From contig CAVVXN010000004.1 of NCBI GenBank assembly GCA_963752285.1, positions 160,001-224,000 on the forward strand: a stretch of 64,000 nt of DNA, written 5' to 3'. The notes under the pieces were generated by a model, which saw only the letters and a program-made list of their open reading frames with translations, did no database searches and was not told where the DNA came from. Positions 9,666 through 19,629 of this stretch are shown in pieces. Position 1 is the first letter of the stretch. Each line of letters opens with the position of its first letter. The position numbers and the translations under genes were made by a program. The stretch is from an uncultured Planctomycetota bacterium. GTDB lineage: Bacteria > Planctomycetota > PLA2 > JAEUHO01.

Positions 9666-11054
9666 GTGAAGCCGACCACCGCGATCGCCGTGATCCTGCC
9701 GCTCGTGGTCACCGTCACGGCGTTCGTGCTCGTCAGCACGCGGGGCGCCGGCGCCGGCGCCAGCGAGAACGGGATCTGGTGGGACGAGCCGATGGCCCGC
9801 TTCGTCCGGGAGAAGGTTGCGAACGCGTACGTGGACCCGCTCGACGACGCGCGCGCGTCGGAGGCTTTCTACAAGGCGCTCGACGCGTACGTCCACGACC
9901 TCGACGAGTACTGCGACTTCATCCCGCCGGACGAGCACAAGAAGTGGCTCGAGGACACGGCGGGCGAGTACGCCGGGCTCGGCGTGAAGGTGCAGGACGT
10001 CCCGGAGGGGCTCTGGATCGTCGGCGTCCTGCCCCAGGGACCGGCCGCGAATGCGGGGATCCACCCGGGCGACACCATCGTCGCGGCCGCGGGGCACCGT
10101 CTCGCCAACCTGGACCTCGACACGATCGAGGCGACGAGGCTCCTCAAGGGCGAGGCCGGAAGCCGAGTGAACCTTGGCGTGATCTCGGGTCCCCGTCCCA
10201 AGGACGGGCCCGCGACCGGTCCCGAGCGCGAGGTCGTGGTGCAGCGCGCGGTCGTGCGTCCGCCCTCGGTGTTCACGCGACGCGTGGGGCCCGACGGTCT
10301 CTATGGCGTGGTGCGGCTCACCGAGTTCGTGGAGGCGACCGAGGAGGACTTCGACGCGGCGGTCCGCCAGCTCCTCGCGCAGGAGGTCAAGGGGCTCATC
10401 CTGGACCTTCGCGACAACGGCGGCGGCGTCCTGGCGACGGCCGTGGCGGTGGTGGACCGGTTCGTCCGGAGCGGAACCATCGTCCGGATGGAGGGCCGCG
10501 CTCCGAACGCGACCCGCGTCTACGAGGCGCGCGCGGACAACACGCTCCCCGACACGATCCCGTTGATCGTGCTCGTGAACAGCGGCAGCGCGAGCGCGAG
10601 CGAGGTGGTCGCCGGCGCGCTCCAGGACCACCGGCGCGCGCTGCTCGTCGGAGAGCGCACCTACGGCAAGTTCCTCGTCCAGCAGGTGCTCGACGTGCCC
10701 GGGCGTGACGCCGCGGTCCAGCTCACGACCTCGCGCTACTACCTTCCCTCGGGGCGCTCGTACCAGCGGCCGCGCCGCGCACCCGGAGCACGGGGCCCCG
10801 CGGCCTCGCAGCCCGGGCCGAACGGGAGCGAGACCGTCGGGGGCTGGGGGCTCCTCCCCGACGTGATCGTTCCTCTCGACAAGGCCGCACGCACGAAGCT
10901 CGCGCAGCGTTTCGCCAACGAGGAAGCCGTGCCCTGGCAGGAGGAGACGCCCTTCCCCGAGGTACCGACCACCGAGATGGACGCGCAGCTCGAGCGCGCG
11001 ATCGACCTGCTCCAGGGGGAGCTCGTCCTTCAGAAGATCCGCGCCAGCCGGTAG
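9666..11054 (+). CDS. ctpA: S41 family carboxy-terminal processing protease (PDZ plus peptidase)
   Basis: YAGLGV PDZ, LILDLRDNGGG, VLVNSGSASASEVVAGALQD, GERTYGK, DAQLERA. Confidence 0.92.
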   Translation: MKPTTAIAVILPLVVTVTAFVLVSTRGAGAGASENGIWWDEPMARFVREKVANAYVDPLDDARASEAFYKALDAYVHDLDEYCDFIPPDEHKKWLEDTAGEYAGLGVKVQDVPEGLWIVGVLPQGPAANAGIHPGDTIVAAAGHRLANLDLDTIEATRLLKGEAGSRVNLGVISGPRPKDGPATGPEREVVVQRAVVRPPSVFTRRVGPDGLYGVVRLTEFVEATEEDFDAAVRQLLAQEVKGLILDLRDNGGGVLATAVAVVDRFVRSGTIVRMEGRAPNATRVYEARADNTLPDTIPLIVLVNSGSASASEVVAGALQDHRRALLVGERTYGKFLVQQVLDVPGRDAAVQLTTSRYYLPSGRSYQRPRRAPGARGPAASQPGPNGSETVGGWGLLPDVIVPLDKAARTKLAQRFANEEAVPWQEETPFPEVPTTEMDAQLERAIDLLQGELVLQKIRASR

Positions 11055-11075
11055 GGCGGCGGGATCGGAGCGGCC

Positions 11076-12131
11076 GTGCGGATCCTCGGCATCGACACGT
11101 CCTGCGACGACACCGCCGCCGCCGTCGTGGAGGCACCGCGCCGGGTCCTCTCGAACGTCGTCGCGAGCCAGTTCGACCTGCACGCGCCGTTCGGCGGGGT
11201 CGTGCCCGAGATCGCGAGTCGGGCCCACGCGGAGCGCGTCTCGGCGATCGTGGACCGCGCGCTCGCGAACTCGGGCTCGACGCTCGACGACCTCGACGCC
11301 GTGGCGGTCACGAACCGGCCCGGTCTCATCGGCTCGCTGATCGTGGGCGTGGCGGCGGCGAAGGCGATCGCGTGGTCGCGGGATCTTCCGCTCGTCGGGG
11401 TCGATCACATCGAGGCGCACGTCGTGTCGGCGCTCGCTGACCATCCGGACCTGGAACCCCCGTTCGTGGCCCTCGTCGCCTCCGGCGGCCACACCTCGCT
11501 GTACGCGTACCGCGACGCGACGCGACTCGAGATCCTCGGCCAGACGATCGACGACGCCGCGGGCGAGTGTTTCGACAAGGTCGCGGTGCTCCTCGGGCTG
11601 CCCCAGCCCGGCGGCCCGGCCGTGAGCCGGCTCGCCGCGACCGGCGACCCGACCGCCGTACGCTTCCCGCGCTACCGCCCACCGGACGACGCGCTCGCGT
11701 TCTCGTTCTCCGGTCTCAAGACGGCGGTGCTCTACCACCTGAAGGGCCCCGGCGGTCGCCGCACGGACCCCGACCGCGCCGACCTCGCGCAGAGCCCCGC
11801 CGACGTGGCCGCTTCGTTCGAGCGCGCCGTCGTGGACGTCCTCGTGGACCGCGCGCTCGAGGCCGCGCGGCGCGAGGGCGTCTCGGACCTCGTGGTGGGG
11901 GGCGGGGTCGCCGCGAATCGCGAGCTCCGTCGGCTCCTGGCCGAACGCGCCCCGGCGGGCCTTCGCGTGCGCTTCCCCACGCCGGCGCTCTGCGCGGACA
12001 ACGGCGCGATGGTCGCGATCCGCGGTGCCGCGCTCCTCGCGCTCGGGCAGGTGGACGACCTCGACCTCGACGTCGTCGCGACGGGCATCCTCCGGGGCGG
12101 CGTGCGGAGGGCGCCCCCCGGCGGCCGATGA
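11076..12131 (+). CDS. tsaD: tRNA N6-adenosine threonylcarbamoyltransferase
   Basis: ILGIDTSCDDT, GGVVPEIASRAH, HIEAH, SGGHT, DDAAGECFDK, FSFSGLKT, DNGAM. Confidence 0.97.
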   Translation: MRILGIDTSCDDTAAAVVEAPRRVLSNVVASQFDLHAPFGGVVPEIASRAHAERVSAIVDRALANSGSTLDDLDAVAVTNRPGLIGSLIVGVAAAKAIAWSRDLPLVGVDHIEAHVVSALADHPDLEPPFVALVASGGHTSLYAYRDATRLEILGQTIDDAAGECFDKVAVLLGLPQPGGPAVSRLAATGDPTAVRFPRYRPPDDALAFSFSGLKTAVLYHLKGPGGRRTDPDRADLAQSPADVAASFERAVVDVLVDRALEAARREGVSDLVVGGGVAANRELRRLLAERAPAGLRVRFPTPALCADNGAMVAIRGAALLALGQVDDLDLDVVATGILRGGVRRAPPGGR

Positions 12132-13150
12132 TTGCGGCGCCGCCCGCGCCGTGGTCCGATGGACCCGTGCGGCGAAGACCTCCTCTTCCCGGCCTCGCGA
12201 CAAGCGGGCTCCTCGCGGCGCTGGTCCTCGTCGGCGCGGGCGTGCGACCCGCGGGGGTCCGCGCGCAGGACGAGGGGCCGTTCGGCTGCCCGATCCGCGC
12301 GATCCTGCTGGAGGAGAACGAGATCCTCCGCCGCGTGTACGACGGCATCCGCAAGGGGCTCGAACAGGCGCAGCTCCCGCGAATCTGCCTCGAGCTCGCG
12401 TCGGGACCGCGCGAGGCGAACAAGATCTACGAGCGGCTCGCGTCCTCGCCGCCGCCGCTCCTCTTCGTGCTCGGCCGCGACGCGGAAGCGTCGCTCGGCG
12501 CCCACTTCGCCACCGTCCCCCGCGTCTACGTGGACACCGCGTGGCTGGTGAACGGCGCGCCGCTCCCCCCCGACCCGGACGTACGACCGCCCGCCGCGAT
12601 CGTCCGAGGCGAGGTGAGCGCGGCCCACGTGGCCGAGGCGCTCCGCGAGCTGGACCTCCGTTCGAGCCGTCCGGTCGCCCGCCTCTCGTGGATCGATCCC
12701 GACGACGCCCTCCAGGCCGTGGCCCGGCGGCTCGGCGATGCCGCCGGCTTCCGGCCCGCGTTCGCGCCGGCCGACGGGAACCCCCAGGTGCTCCTCGACC
12801 TCGGCGTGGGCGCCGGGGAGCACCGGCAGAAGCTCTCGCGCCTCGTCACGGCGGCCGAGAAGGAGCGGGTCCCGCTCGTATCCGACGACCGCTCGGCGTG
12901 GGGCCGCGGCGCCGCGGTCGTCGTGATGCCCGACGCGTTCCTGCTCGGTCGCGCCGCCGCCGAGGAGGGACGCCGCCTGCTCCTCGAGGACCGGACACGG
13001 GTGCTTCGACGGACGGTGGGGGCGTTCGAGGTGGGGGTGGACCTCGGCGCGGCGGCGCGCGAGGGGCTGGACGTCCCGCTCGGATTCCTCGCCCGCGCCG
13101 ACATGATCCGCCGCGGGCCCGCGCGGCCCTCGCCGGAGGGCGGGCGTTGA
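12128..13150 (+). CDS. Exported protein, ABC substrate-binding-like fold (possible sensor partner)
   Basis: Signal peptide-like N-region; ATGA overlap with tsaD; C-terminal pattern resembling ABC_sub_bind (VDLGAAAREGLDVPLGFLARAD). Confidence 0.55.
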   Translation: MIAAPPAPWSDGPVRRRPPLPGLATSGLLAALVLVGAGVRPAGVRAQDEGPFGCPIRAILLEENEILRRVYDGIRKGLEQAQLPRICLELASGPREANKIYERLASSPPPLLFVLGRDAEASLGAHFATVPRVYVDTAWLVNGAPLPPDPDVRPPAAIVRGEVSAAHVAEALRELDLRSSRPVARLSWIDPDDALQAVARRLGDAAGFRPAFAPADGNPQVLLDLGVGAGEHRQKLSRLVTAAEKERVPLVSDDRSAWGRGAAVVVMPDAFLLGRAAAEEGRRLLLEDRTRVLRRTVGAFEVGVDLGAAAREGLDVPLGFLARADMIRRGPARPSPEGGR

Positions 13151-14700
13151 CGCGCTCTCTCGTCGGCCTGACGCTCCTGCTCGTGGGCGGCGTCGTGCTG
13201 GCCATGGGCGCGGGGGTCGTGGTGTGGGTCACGAACGAGGACCTCGCGCAGGCCGAGCAGGACGCGCGGCTCCAGCACGAGGCCGCCGAGCGAGAGATGC
13301 GCGAGCTGGCGCGCGCGGTCGTGACCGAGGCGCAGGAAGCCGCGCACGGACTCGTGGACGGCGCGGACCGCCGACTGCGACTCTGGATCGCCGACGAGCC
13401 GCTCTCCCTCTACCGCGATCCCGTGCCGCCGCACCCGCTCGACGTCGAGGCGCTCCGGTCGGGGCTCGCCGCGGAGGTTCGCGGGCGGAGCCTGGCCGAG
13501 CAGGAGCACGTGGAGGTCGTGACGGGGATCATGTCGGAGCACGCCGAGGCTCGGATCGACCGCATGACGGCCGAGCTCCGCGCCGACGCCTCGCTCCAGG
13601 CGGAGGCCGCGGCCCGCGCGCGGCGCGACCGCCTCTCCACCCGCCTCGCGATCCTGCTCGTGGGCATGGCGTTCCTGCTCGCCGGGACGCTCTACGCGCT
13701 CGTGATCCGCCCGGTCGCGCGCCTCAGGCACGCGGTCAACCGCATCGCCGCGGGCGATCTCGATACCCCCGTCGAGGCCGCGCGGTGGCCGACGCGCGAG
13801 ATGGCCGGGCTCGCGCGCGAGGTGGACCGGATGCGCGAGCAGATCCGCGGCGCGACGAGCAACCTCGAGCGCGAGGTGGCGCGCAAGACGCAGAGCCTGG
13901 AGAAGACCCTCGCCGAGCGGACGGAGGCCTACGAGGAGCTCCGCGCGGCGCGCGACCGGCTGGTCCAGGCCGAGAAGATGGCCGGTCTCGGGACGCTCGC
14001 CGGGGGCGTCGCGCACGAGTTCAACAACCTCCTCGGCGGCATCCTCGGCTGTCTCGAGAACGCGCGCGCCGGCGTGACCGACGCGTCCGTCCTCGAGGAC
14101 CTCGACGTCGCGAGGCGCACCGCCGGCCGTGCGACGCAGATGATCCGCGCGCTCCTCGGCGTGGCACGTCCGGGCGAGCGCACGTTCAAGCCCGTGCACC
14201 TGAGACTCGTGCTCGAAGACGTGCTCGGCGCCGCGCAGGCGACGATCCGACGGCGCGAGATCCGCCTCGAGCAGAGGCTCGTCGGCGACCCGGTCGTGGA
14301 CGGCGACGAGGCGCAGCTCCACCAGGTCGCGCTGAACCTCGTTACCAACGCGCTGCAAGTCGTGGACGACGGGGAACGGATCGCGGTCGAGCTCCGGGTC
14401 GAGGGCCGTCACGCGGTGCTCGAGGTCCGCGACGAGGGCCCGGGCGTCAAGCCCGAGGAGCGGAGCCGGATCTTCGAGCCCTTCTTCACCGGTCGGAGCG
14501 AGGGAACCGGCCTCGGCCTCTTCGTCTCGTACGGCATCGTGGAACGCCACGGTGGGCGGATCGAGGTGGGGGACGCGCCCGAAGGGGGCGCACGCTTCAC
14601 GGTCCGCCTGCCCCTGGAGGACCCGACGGCCGCCGCGCGCGCCGCGGAGGGCGGGGACGCGTCCGGGCCCCCCCCGGCCGAGGCCTCCCCCTCCGTCTGA
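13147..14700 (+). CDS. Membrane sensor histidine kinase (HAMP-HisKA-HATPase, NtrB-like)
   Basis: Two TM segments, HAMP, QAEKMAGLGTLAGGVAHEFNN H-box, NLVTNA, DEGPG, GTGLGL. Confidence 0.92.
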   Translation: MTRSLVGLTLLLVGGVVLAMGAGVVVWVTNEDLAQAEQDARLQHEAAEREMRELARAVVTEAQEAAHGLVDGADRRLRLWIADEPLSLYRDPVPPHPLDVEALRSGLAAEVRGRSLAEQEHVEVVTGIMSEHAEARIDRMTAELRADASLQAEAAARARRDRLSTRLAILLVGMAFLLAGTLYALVIRPVARLRHAVNRIAAGDLDTPVEAARWPTREMAGLAREVDRMREQIRGATSNLEREVARKTQSLEKTLAERTEAYEELRAARDRLVQAEKMAGLGTLAGGVAHEFNNLLGGILGCLENARAGVTDASVLEDLDVARRTAGRATQMIRALLGVARPGERTFKPVHLRLVLEDVLGAAQATIRRREIRLEQRLVGDPVVDGDEAQLHQVALNLVTNALQVVDDGERIAVELRVEGRHAVLEVRDEGPGVKPEERSRIFEPFFTGRSEGTGLGLFVSYGIVERHGGRIEVGDAPEGGARFTVRLPLEDPTAAARAAEGGDASGPPPAEASPSV

Positions 14701-14756
14701 GCGCGCGCGACGCGCCGGGGCCGCGGATCCGCCGCCTCGGACCCGAGGACGCGGAG

Positions 14757-14771
14757 GGCCCGCGGCTTGCT
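14757..14771 (+). promoter_or_regulatory. Candidate sigma54 -24/-12 element
   Basis: GGCCCGCGGCTTGCT gives GG-N10-GC with TTGCT, just upstream of the regulator start. Confidence 0.4.
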
Positions 14772-14784
14772 ACATATGTATCCC

Positions 14785-15516
14785 ATGGGTGACACGGCGG
14801 CGACGCGGGGTCGGATCCTCGTCATCGACGACGAGGAGTCGATTCGTCACGCGCTGGCCCGGGCGCTCCAGCGCGCGGGATTCCAGGTCTCCGAGGCCGC
14901 GACCGGTCGCGAAGGCGTGGACCGCTTCGGCGCCGGGGGTATCGACGCGGTCGTCTGCGACCTCCGGCTCCCCGACCTGGGCGGCCTCGACCTCGTCGCG
15001 ATCTTCACCGAGATGCGACCCGAGGTGCCCGTGCTCGTGATGACGGGCTACGGCTCGCTCGGGAGCGCGCTCGAGGCGATGCGCCGCGGCGCGAAGGACT
15101 ACCTCCAGAAGCCGTTCCCGATGGAGGAGGTGGTGCGCCTCCTCGAGCGCGCTCTCGCCGAGCAGCGACTGCAACGCGAGAACCGCCACCTCCGTGCGCT
15201 CGTCGAGCGGAAGTTCTCGCCCGAGGACTTCGAGCGCGTCGAGCAGGAGCTCAAGTCGCTCGAGCCCGAGCCGGAGGCGAGGGGCGATGTCGCGCGCTCG
15301 ACCGACGGGAGTCCGCCGCCCCTCGAGGAGGCGCGCCGCTCGTTCGAGGTCCACTACGTGGAGGACCTCCTCGCGCGCACCGGCGGGAACGTCGCGGCCG
15401 CGGCGCGACTGGCCGGCATCTCGCGCCCGAACTTCCACAAGAAGCTGAGGACCCTCGGCATCGACGCGTCGCGGTTCAAGGAAGCCGCGCGCCGCGGGCG
15501 GACGGGGAGCCTCTGA
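14785..15516 (+). CDS. Response regulator, REC plus Fis-type HTH, without an AAA+ domain
   Basis: ILVIDDE, DLRLP, MTGYG, KPF receiver motifs; GGNVAAAARLAGISR HTH_8. Confidence 0.9.
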   Translation: MGDTAATRGRILVIDDEESIRHALARALQRAGFQVSEAATGREGVDRFGAGGIDAVVCDLRLPDLGGLDLVAIFTEMRPEVPVLVMTGYGSLGSALEAMRRGAKDYLQKPFPMEEVVRLLERALAEQRLQRENRHLRALVERKFSPEDFERVEQELKSLEPEPEARGDVARSTDGSPPPLEEARRSFEVHYVEDLLARTGGNVAAAARLAGISRPNFHKKLRTLGIDASRFKEAARRGRTGSL

Positions 15517-15594
15517 GGACCCCGCCGTGGCCCGCGCGTCCCTCTGGCCGTCGTGGCGTTCGTGTTGCCGCCGAGATCCCCGAAAGGAGCGCTG

Positions 15595-16656
15595 GTGAGA
15601 GCCGTCGTCCTCCCCCTCGTGATCCTCGCCGTCGCCGCGGTCGTCGCGTGGGTGTTCTGGCCCGAGCCCGCGCCCGACGTCGTCCTCTACTGCGGCGTGG
15701 ACCAGGACCAGAGCCGCGGCATCACGGACGAGTACGAGAAGAAGACCGGGCAGGAGGTCAAGTTCGTCCCCGAGAACGAGCGCAACCGCTCCATCGGATT
15801 GCCGCAGCAGCTCCTGCAGGAGCGTTCGCACCCGCGCGCGGACGTGTACTGGTCGAACGAGAACATGCACATCGTGGACCTCGGCCTGCGGGGCCTCCTC
15901 GCGCCGCTCCCGCCGGGTCTCGCGGAGCGCTTCCCGCCCGAGTGGCGTGACCCGAAGGGCCTCTACGTGGCGTTCGGCGCGCGGGCGCGCGTGCTGCTCG
16001 TCAACACGAAGCTCCTGCCCGACCCGAAGGACCGGCCCACCTCCGTGGACGACCTTCTGAACCCCAAGTACAAGGCGATGGGCTTCCAGACCGCGATGGC
16101 CGAGCCGTTCGTCGGCACGACCTTCACGCACGCCGTCGTGATCCTGACGCGCGACGAGGCGAAGGGGAAGGCCTTCTTCGAGGGCGTGGTCGCGGCGATG
16201 GACGACGGCTTGCTGCGTCTGACGCCCGGCAACGGCGAGGCCATGCAGCTCGCCCGTGACAGCGAGAAGAAGGTCGCGTTCTGCCTGACCGACACCGACG
16301 ACGCCTGGGGCGCGGTGCAGCAGGGCTTCCCCGTCGAGATCGTCTATCCCGACCAGGGCGAGGGGCAGGTGGGCACGGTCGTCATGGCGAACACGGCCGC
16401 CCTGGTCCGGGGCGGTCCGAACCCCGAGAACGCGGCCCGGCTTCTCGAGCACATCGCGAGCCCCGGGGTGGAGCTCGAGCTCGCGAACGGCCCGAGCGCG
16501 CAGATGCCCCTGCGGACCGAGAACCAGGATGTGAAGCTTCCCGAGCACGTGAAGCGGCCGGGGAAGGACTTCCGCATGGCGAAGGTGGACTGGGCCCAGG
16601 TCGGCGCGAACCGGGACCGCTGGACCGACTGGCTGAACCACGTCTTCCGGAAGTAG
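15595..16656 (+). CDS. Extracellular solute-binding protein, Fe3+/thiamine (AfuA-like) family
   Basis: PRADVYWSNE, ARARVLLVNT, LTDTDDA, VYPDQ, NTAALV motifs; AAGGAG RBS. Confidence 0.85.
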   Translation: MRAVVLPLVILAVAAVVAWVFWPEPAPDVVLYCGVDQDQSRGITDEYEKKTGQEVKFVPENERNRSIGLPQQLLQERSHPRADVYWSNENMHIVDLGLRGLLAPLPPGLAERFPPEWRDPKGLYVAFGARARVLLVNTKLLPDPKDRPTSVDDLLNPKYKAMGFQTAMAEPFVGTTFTHAVVILTRDEAKGKAFFEGVVAAMDDGLLRLTPGNGEAMQLARDSEKKVAFCLTDTDDAWGAVQQGFPVEIVYPDQGEGQVGTVVMANTAALVRGGPNPENAARLLEHIASPGVELELANGPSAQMPLRTENQDVKLPEHVKRPGKDFRMAKVDWAQVGANRDRWTDWLNHVFRK

Positions 16657-16677
16657 GACGCGTCCCCGCGCCCGGGC

Positions 16678-17592
16678 TCATCCGAGGTCCCCGTCGAGCT
16701 TCTCCAGCGCGTCCTGGCACCAGGATCGCGTGTCCTCGTCGTCGATCCGACCCAGGCAGGTCGAAGCCTCCTCGCGGGCGCGCCTCGCCGCGCCGTGGTC
16801 CCCACGCGCGTGCGCGACCCGGGCTCGCGCCTCGTGACAGAAGAAGGCGTCGCTCGGACCGCCGTCGTTCGCCCGGCAGATGGAGAGCGCGTTCTCCGCG
16901 TGGCGCTCGGCGTCGTCGATTCGGCCCAGCGCGAGCATCGTCATCGCGAGGCGGTACTCCGCGATCTTCACGTTCTCCCAGTTCCCCGCGACCTCCCAGT
17001 ACGTGCGGGCCATCTTCGCCGCGCGCTCGAGGAGGCGGTCCTCGTCGGGGGTCCGGTCGCCCTTCTCCTCGAGCGTGCAGGCGAGGTTGTTGCCGGTGAT
17101 CGCGAGAACCCGTGCGGCGGGATCGCCCTTCCCGGGACCGTAGGCCGCGAGGGCCTCGCACTCGGAGACGAGGCCCGCGCAACGGTCGAGTGCGCCCTGC
17201 TGTGCGAGCGCCTGCGCCGCGAGCCCGAGCACGCGGATGCGGCTCGACGCCTCGCTCCCCTGGATCCCGCGCTGGAGCAGCGGCTCCCAGTCGCCGCCTG
17301 CGCAGAGCTCCAGGATCGCGGCGTAGCGCCAGAGCGACCGGTCCGCGTCGCTCCCGGCTTCGACGCGGGGCCGGAGGCTCTCGACGAGGCCTCGTCCCGC
17401 GGCCCAGTCGCCGAGGTGGTCGCCCGCGACGTGGGTCCCGAGCGCCGCGAGCTGGAGCACGTCGCCCGGACCCTCCGTGCGCGACACCGCGTCCACGACC
17501 CGGGCGAAGACGCCCTTCGGGTCGTCCGCGTGCTCGGCCCAGCCCTTCCCGGCCAGGTCCGCGATCGTGGAAGTGGTCGTGTCCGGCGCCAT
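16678..17592 (-). CDS. Alpha-helical TPR-like hypothetical protein
   Basis: GGAGG RBS; helical repeats (AEYRLAMTMLALG, HEARARVAHARGD). Confidence 0.7.
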   Translation of the reverse strand: MAPDTTTSTIADLAGKGWAEHADDPKGVFARVVDAVSRTEGPGDVLQLAALGTHVAGDHLGDWAAGRGLVESLRPRVEAGSDADRSLWRYAAILELCAGGDWEPLLQRGIQGSEASSRIRVLGLAAQALAQQGALDRCAGLVSECEALAAYGPGKGDPAARVLAITGNNLACTLEEKGDRTPDEDRLLERAAKMARTYWEVAGNWENVKIAEYRLAMTMLALGRIDDAERHAENALSICRANDGGPSDAFFCHEARARVAHARGDHGAARRAREEASTCLGRIDDEDTRSWCQDALEKLDGDLG

Positions 17593-17675
17593 GCCTCCTC
17601 CTCTCCCGCTGGGTCTTCCGAGGGACGGGGGCCGCCACTCGAAAGGAATCGCACCGTACGGGGCCGTCGGCGTTC

Positions 17676-17704
17676 TTGACAAGGCCGATGTCCGCCTCGA
17701 CCCT
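17676..17704 (+). promoter_or_regulatory. Likely promoter of tRNA-Glu
   Basis: Perfect TTGACA at 17676-17681, 17-nt spacer, then a GACCCT -10-like hexamer. Confidence 0.5.
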
Positions 17705-17759
17705 CCGTCGCAGCGCCGACCCGGGCCCCAGGCCCCCCGCGGCACCCGAGATCTAGCCC

Positions 17760-17837
17760 GCCCCTATCGTCCAGCCTGGTCCAGGACACCGGCCTTTCAA
17801 GCCGGAAACACGGGTTCAAATCCCGTTGGGGGTACCA
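17760..17837 (+). tRNA. tRNA-Glu (anticodon UUC)
   Basis: Acceptor stem GCCCCTA/TGGGGGT; anticodon arm CCGGC-ctTTCaa-GCCGG; T arm ACGGG-TTCAAAT-CCCGT; encoded CCA. Confidence 0.97.
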
Positions 17838-18017
17838 CCCCTCCCGTGGACTACCGGCTCGGGGAGTCGGTCCCGAGGGGTCGTCCCTGTCGCCCGTTGA
17901 CGCTGGCGACACGGGCTCGCGCGGCGTCCATCGCCTTGCACTCCGCTCCGTGCGCGCCTCGTAGGTGTTTGGGCCCCATCCGGGGAGCCGGCCCCGGGCG
18001 CCGCCACTGGTCCCGGC

Positions 18018-18413
18018 TTAGGACGCCTTGAACCGGAGCGTCAGCACGCGCTGCTTGCCCGCGTCGTCGTAGTAGGACTCGAGTTCCATGTTGCGCGCGC
18101 GGGAGATGGCATCGGCGATGTGCTGCGCGTGCTTCTCGGTTTCCGTCTCGACCCAGAGACCGTCCTTGTCGCTCCCCATGTCCAGGACGCGCGAGTGCTC
18201 GTCGCGCTCGTGCTCGGTGACGTTCTTCACGATGTTCCGGATCTCCGCCTCGTGATCCGGTTCGAGCGTCGCGAGGATTTGAACCAGGCCGTTGGCGATT
18301 CCGTCCGTAGCGCCGTGCTTCCGCTGGCGGTTCTTGCGCTCGAGCCGTTCCTCGGCGTCGTTCAGGTGCGACCGAGCGTTCGGTGCGTTGCCCGGCTGGT
18401 ACGGCTGGCTCAT
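18018..18413 (-). CDS. Hypothetical protein resembling the BCAM0308-family C-terminal domain
   Basis: HEAEIRNIVKN...GLWVETETEKHAQHIADAISRA pattern recalled from that family; GGAG RBS. Confidence 0.55.
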   Translation of the reverse strand: MSQPYQPGNAPNARSHLNDAEERLERKNRQRKHGATDGIANGLVQILATLEPDHEAEIRNIVKNVTEHERDEHSRVLDMGSDKDGLWVETETEKHAQHIADAISRARNMELESYYDDAGKQRVLTLRFKAS

Positions 18414-18912
18414 TTGCGTCGCTCCACGGGTGACATCTGTCCATGGACGTTACAGCGGCTCCGGGGGTACAAAGCGAGAGCACCCGTTCTGGCGGCACGC
18501 ATCGAGAGCCAAGTCCGCAGCAACCAGCCCCGGGGGAAGACAGGCCCCGGCGTCCCGCGCGGGGTCGAGCGCGGCTGAGCGACGGCGCTCCCGCGTGCCG
18601 CTGCGCGGTGGACGCGCGCCGCGTGAGCCTCGCTCGACTATTTCGAGCCGCACGCCCGGGCCCCGGCATCTAAGGGGTGGCCGCCCCACTCTGGCCGCGG
18701 ACGCCCCCGAGGGGTCGGGCGGGAAGGACCTGTCGCACGTCGCCCATGCCGCGGTGGCCGGTCGTGGGGGGACGATGCTGAACGAGGTCGAGCGCATGTC
18801 TGGTCGTACCGGCGTGGCGGCGAGTCTTCGTCATGGATTTGACGTCGCGGTTGCTTCGTCCTGAACGCCGCGCCGCGCGTCGCCGGTGCTGGCCAATCCG
18901 ACAGGAGACCCG

Positions 18913-19278
18913 ATGCACATCCAACTCAATACCGACGTCCACATCGACGGAACCGAAGCGCTGGCCGCGCATGTGGGGACCACGATCAAGCAGGTGCTGA
19001 AGCGCTTCAGTGAGCACATCACCCGGGTGGAGGTTCATCTCCGAGACGAGAACGGGGAAAGGAGCGGGCAGCAAGACCAGCGCTGCATGCTGGAGGCTCG
19101 TCTCGAAGGCCGGCCGCCCGTGGCGGTGACGGACCACGCCGCGACGCTGGAGCAGGCGGTGGACGGCGCTGCGCACAAGCTGGCGCGCCGGTTGGAGAGC
19201 ATGCTGGGAAGGCTGCACGACCATCGCGAGAGAGCTTCCGAGCCGCGCTTGCCGGGGACGGAACGCGCAGGGTGCTGA
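18913..19278 (+). CDS. HPF/RaiA-family ribosome-associated protein
   Basis: MHIQLNTD, ITRVEVHLRDENG, RCMLEARLEG, AVDGAAHKL; AGGAG RBS. Confidence 0.88.
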   Translation: MHIQLNTDVHIDGTEALAAHVGTTIKQVLKRFSEHITRVEVHLRDENGERSGQQDQRCMLEARLEGRPPVAVTDHAATLEQAVDGAAHKLARRLESMLGRLHDHRERASEPRLPGTERAGC

Positions 19279-19629
19279 CACGGCCACGAGCGCGTTGCGT
19301 CGCCAGATCGGCTGGGTGACACGGCGACGCCCGGTCCGGCCCGACGATTTCGAGACTCGCGAACCGCCCACAAAAGGGCGCAGGACGCGCGCTCGGCGCG
19401 GCGCGGGAGGCACGGCCTGGCGGAGGTCGTGCGGGGCCCAGGAGATCTCCCGTGGCGGCGCGCGACCGGTGTTCCGGCAAGGACGGTGCGGTACCATGCC
19501 AGTGGTGCGCCGACATGAGACCCACCAAGACCGTCCGCCGGGCCGCGAGCGCCCCGAGCTCGCCCGCGTCTCCCTTCACCAGCCGCCGGGGCGGGAGGAC
19601 TTGCTTGCACCCGCACAGGCGTGAACCGG

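Noticed and set aside
18463..18470. GGGGGTAC as attR copy of the tRNA-Glu 3' end
   Set aside because: Only 8 nt, expected by chance, and no integrase is nearby
18840..18856. Sigma54 promoter for the HPF-like gene
   Set aside because: TTGCT is present but the invariant GG at -24 reads GA
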